1,252 nucleotides of DNA. It comes from Escherichia coli. GTDB taxonomy: Bacteria > Pseudomonadota > Gammaproteobacteria > Enterobacterales > Enterobacteriaceae. The DNA lies in the NCBI RefSeq assembly GCF_003334405.1, contig NZ_QOWM01000046.1; one strand, given 5' to 3'. Under the pieces are notes generated by a model that ran no database searches, was not told where the DNA came from, and saw nothing but the letters and a program-made list of their open reading frames with translations. The translations under genes and the position numbers were made by a program. This document shows positions 1 through 1,252 of this stretch, piece after piece (position 1 is the first letter of the stretch; every line of letters starts with the position of its first letter).

Positions 1-98
1 CACATGCTGAGGGTGCTGTCCGGGTGCAGCTCCGGGTCGGGCAGGCGGTTACCTGCCGGGTCTGTGGCATACGGGATATCAATGCCCAGGTTACATAT
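1..98 (-). CDS. 5' portion of a probable orphan Rhs core fragment (YD-repeat-encoding), start-less, continues beyond window start
   Basis: Minus-strand translation from about 98 toward 1 gives ...ICNLGIDIPYATDPAGNRLPDPELHPDSTLSM..., containing a YxxDxxGxRL match to the YD-repeat consensus. GC jumps from about 26% to about 66% (59/90 by hand count over 1..90) at about position 90, matching Rhs core composition. Frame is open from the immunity stop (123..125) to the window edge with no ATG; orphan rhs fragments downstream of immunity genes are a known feature of Rhs loci. Confidence 0.5.
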   Translation of the reverse strand, partial: MCNLGIDIPYATDPAGNRLPDPELHPDSTLSM

Positions 99-122
99 AA
101 TAATAAGAGCAATTAACTTAAT

Positions 123-449
123 TTATTTGTTTATAATGCGCTTACTTAATACAAACCATTGAATATACCCTCCTGACAGAAAATAAAGCCATATTATTAT
201 CGCCATAATATACTTACTATCAATCCTTACGCCAATAATGTCTGATACAGCCCCTATAAATATTAGAGCAATAAAGAATACTATGCCTGTTGGAAAACAT
301 ATTACCATCATTCCATAAGACATGAGACTAATTAACTCGCTCACATCACGAGTGGAGTCTAATAGTGAAAGTCTATGCATGGAAAAGAATAGTATTAAAA
401 GCGATAAAGCCAGCCATATAGCTCTGAATAAAAAAATAATATATTTCAT
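123..449 (-). CDS. ybfB: Small integral membrane protein (108 aa, about 3 TM helices); presumptive cognate immunity protein for the Rhs CT toxin
   Basis: ORF 449..123 with stop TAA at 125..123. ATG 449..447 overlaps the toxin stop (TAATG). GGAG Shine-Dalgarno 7 nt upstream (complement of 457..460). Three hydrophobic stretches: approx aa 4-24 (LFRAIWLALSLLILFF), 45-68 (GMMVICFPTGIVFFIALIFIGAV) and 81-101 (IMAIIIWLYFLSGGYIQWFVL). Position directly downstream of the rhs CT is the canonical immunity slot. AT-rich (26% GC by hand count over 91..190). Symbol is tentative, from recollection of the E. coli rhsC-ybfB arrangement. Confidence 0.78.
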   Translation of the reverse strand: MKYIIFLFRAIWLALSLLILFFSMHRLSLLDSTRDVSELISLMSYGMMVICFPTGIVFFIALIFIGAVSDIIGVRIDSKYIMAIIIWLYFLSGGYIQWFVLSKRIINK

Positions 450-1252
450 TACATCACTCCGGTGAATACAAATCTAATAAAACGTCCAATGTTATTTCCG
501 GAGCACTTCATCTTACATGTTTCTAAAGAATCATTAGACCAGTCTTGGCAGTTTTTAAATAGCCCTAAATTTATAGGTGTGAATATATCAGGCAATACAG
601 AATAACGCGGCCTTACCTCTTTAAACTTCCCTTTTAAACAGTTCTCCACACAACTATTATCGGTTTCAACGAGGTCACAACGGCCAGCAGCTTCTTTTGT
701 ATCATTACTTGCTTTACCTGGCCCCCATAGACCATCTCCTTTTGATTCTCCCCGTTGGTCTTGGCCACCACAAGTATAGTCCCCTTTACCATCTGGGACA
801 CAAAGATATTGATGATAGAACGGATTCCCCCATATATCTGGACCGCTTCTTTCACCAGTTCCGCCCATTGAATGCAGTGGCTTAATGCATTTTAGTGTTT
901 CTAATCCTAATGGATCTATATTTGAGATCGGATTCAACGGATACTGATAAAAATTCCATCCCCCTTTCAGCCCAATCGGATCCTGAGTGATATATCGCCC
1001 CTGCAGCGGGTCATAATAGCGGTGGCGGTTGTAATACAGGCCGGACTCCTCATCATACTGCTGCCCCGGCAGGCGGATAAGCTGCTGCAGCTGATGCGGG
1101 TTCTCTTCATTCAGCAGGTTGCCCCATTCATCGTATTCTGCGCACCATTCTGTTGTCCCTTCCTTGCTGATAAGGGCCAGCGGCAGGCCGCGATGGTCGC
1201 AGTGGTACAGGTGGATTTTTCGCGCCGGCGTGTACACCGGGTCCATCTGGTT
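449..1252 (-). CDS. rhsC: Rhs family YD-repeat polymorphic toxin, C-terminal portion (5'-partial; gene continues beyond window end). Contains end of conserved Rhs core through DPLGL (916..902) followed by variable C-terminal toxin tip (901..452), stop TAA 451..449
   Basis: Minus-strand ORF is open to the window edge (codons 1252..1247 read N-Q before the tracked ATG at 1246..1244, so that Met is internal). Translation [24 protein letters not shown]...[45 protein letters not shown] is the hallmark C-terminal end of the Enterobacterial Rhs core, terminating in the PxxxxDPxGL demarcation motif. About 58% GC across 1081..1200 (hand count) versus AT-rich sequence after the motif. Paralog symbol is tentative (E. 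coli rhsA/B/C share this core); chosen because of the 108-aa membrane ORF plus orphan fragment downstream. Confidence 0.88.
   Translation of the reverse strand, partial: NQMDPVYTPARKIHLYHCDHRGLPLALISKEGTTEWCAEYDEWGNLLNEENPHQLQQLIRLPGQQYDEESGLYYNRHRYYDPLQGRYITQDPIGLKGGWNFYQYPLNPISNIDPLGLETLKCIKPLHSMGGTGERSGPDIWGNPFYHQYLCVPDGKGDYTCGGQDQRGESKGDGLWGPGKASNDTKEAAGRCDLVETDNSCVENCLKGKFKEVRPRYSVLPDIFTPINLGLFKNCQDWSNDSLETCKMKCSGNNIGRFIRFVFTGVM
452..901 (-). other. Variable C-terminal toxin (CT) domain of the Rhs protein, about 150 aa, Cys-rich and Gly-rich, function unknown
   Basis: Sequence immediately after DPLGL: [24 protein letters not shown]...[18 protein letters not shown]. Nine Cys in 150 aa including two CxxxC pairs (CVENC, CKMKC). 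Sharp drop in GC relative to the core. Position after DPxGL is where Rhs toxins carry their polymorphic effector domain (established architecture). Confidence 0.8.
457..460 (-). promoter_or_regulatory. Shine-Dalgarno (GGAG) for the immunity gene, embedded in the last codons of the toxin CT
   Basis: Minus strand reads ...CACCGGAGTGATGTAATG...; GGAG sits 7 nt before the ATG at 449..447, good spacing for translation initiation and coupling. Confidence 0.55.

Noticed and set aside
1-120. Plus-strand open frame across the GC-rich left end (frame 3, ending at TAA 118..120)
   Set aside because: Translation shows no recognisable motif, whereas the minus strand gives a YD-repeat consensus match in frame with the rest of the locus; the minus-strand interpretation is preferred.
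95-122. Possible Rho-independent terminator after the immunity gene
   Set aside because: No GC-rich stem-loop followed by a T-tract is present; spacer is AT-rich without dyad symmetry of adequate stability.
111-123. 13-bp perfect palindrome AATTAACTTAATT overlapping the immunity stop codon
   Set aside because: Pure AT palindrome in a very AT-rich spacer, too short and loop-less to form a stable terminator hairpin; could be chance. Not called as terminator or operator.
540-600. Possible internal promoter for the immunity gene within the toxin coding region (TATAAA/ATATAT-like hexamers on the minus strand)
   Set aside because: AT-rich sequence yields many -10-like hexamers by chance; no convincing -35 at proper spacing could be identified by eye, so not reported as a feature.
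634-855. 73-aa minus-strand ORF in an alternative frame
   Set aside because: Entirely nested within the well-supported Rhs CT reading frame in AT-rich sequence; no independent SD or conserved features; most likely a chance ORF.
697-885. 62-aa plus-strand ORF antisense to the toxin tip
   Set aside because: Antisense to a strongly supported CDS, low-complexity hydrophobic translation, no recognisable RBS; treated as spurious.
1244-1246. ATG given as the start of the 265-aa ORF
   Set aside because: The frame remains open to the window edge (N-Q encoded at 1252..1247) and the downstream protein is clearly the internal conserved part of an Rhs core, so this Met is internal, not an initiation codon.

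Overview
The window is the 3' end of an Enterobacteriaceae-type Rhs (YD-repeat) polymorphic toxin locus, all encoded on the minus strand. Reading 5'->3' on the minus strand: (i) the conserved, GC-rich end of an rhs core gene, entering from beyond position 1252 and running to the DPxGL demarcation motif at 916..902; (ii) an AT-rich, cysteine-rich, about 150-aa variable C-terminal toxin tip of unrecognised function (901..452, stop 451..449); (iii) a 108-aa three-TM membrane protein whose ATG overlaps the toxin stop (449..123), the presumptive cognate immunity gene; (iv) an abrupt return to GC-rich sequence at about 98..1 that reads as a YD-repeat in the same strand with no ATG, consistent with the 5' end of a downstream orphan rhs core fragment. 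The arrangement resembles the E. coli rhsC-ybfB-ybfO region, but that paralog assignment is from memory and unverified. No RNA genes, CRISPR arrays, IS elements or convincing terminators were seen.
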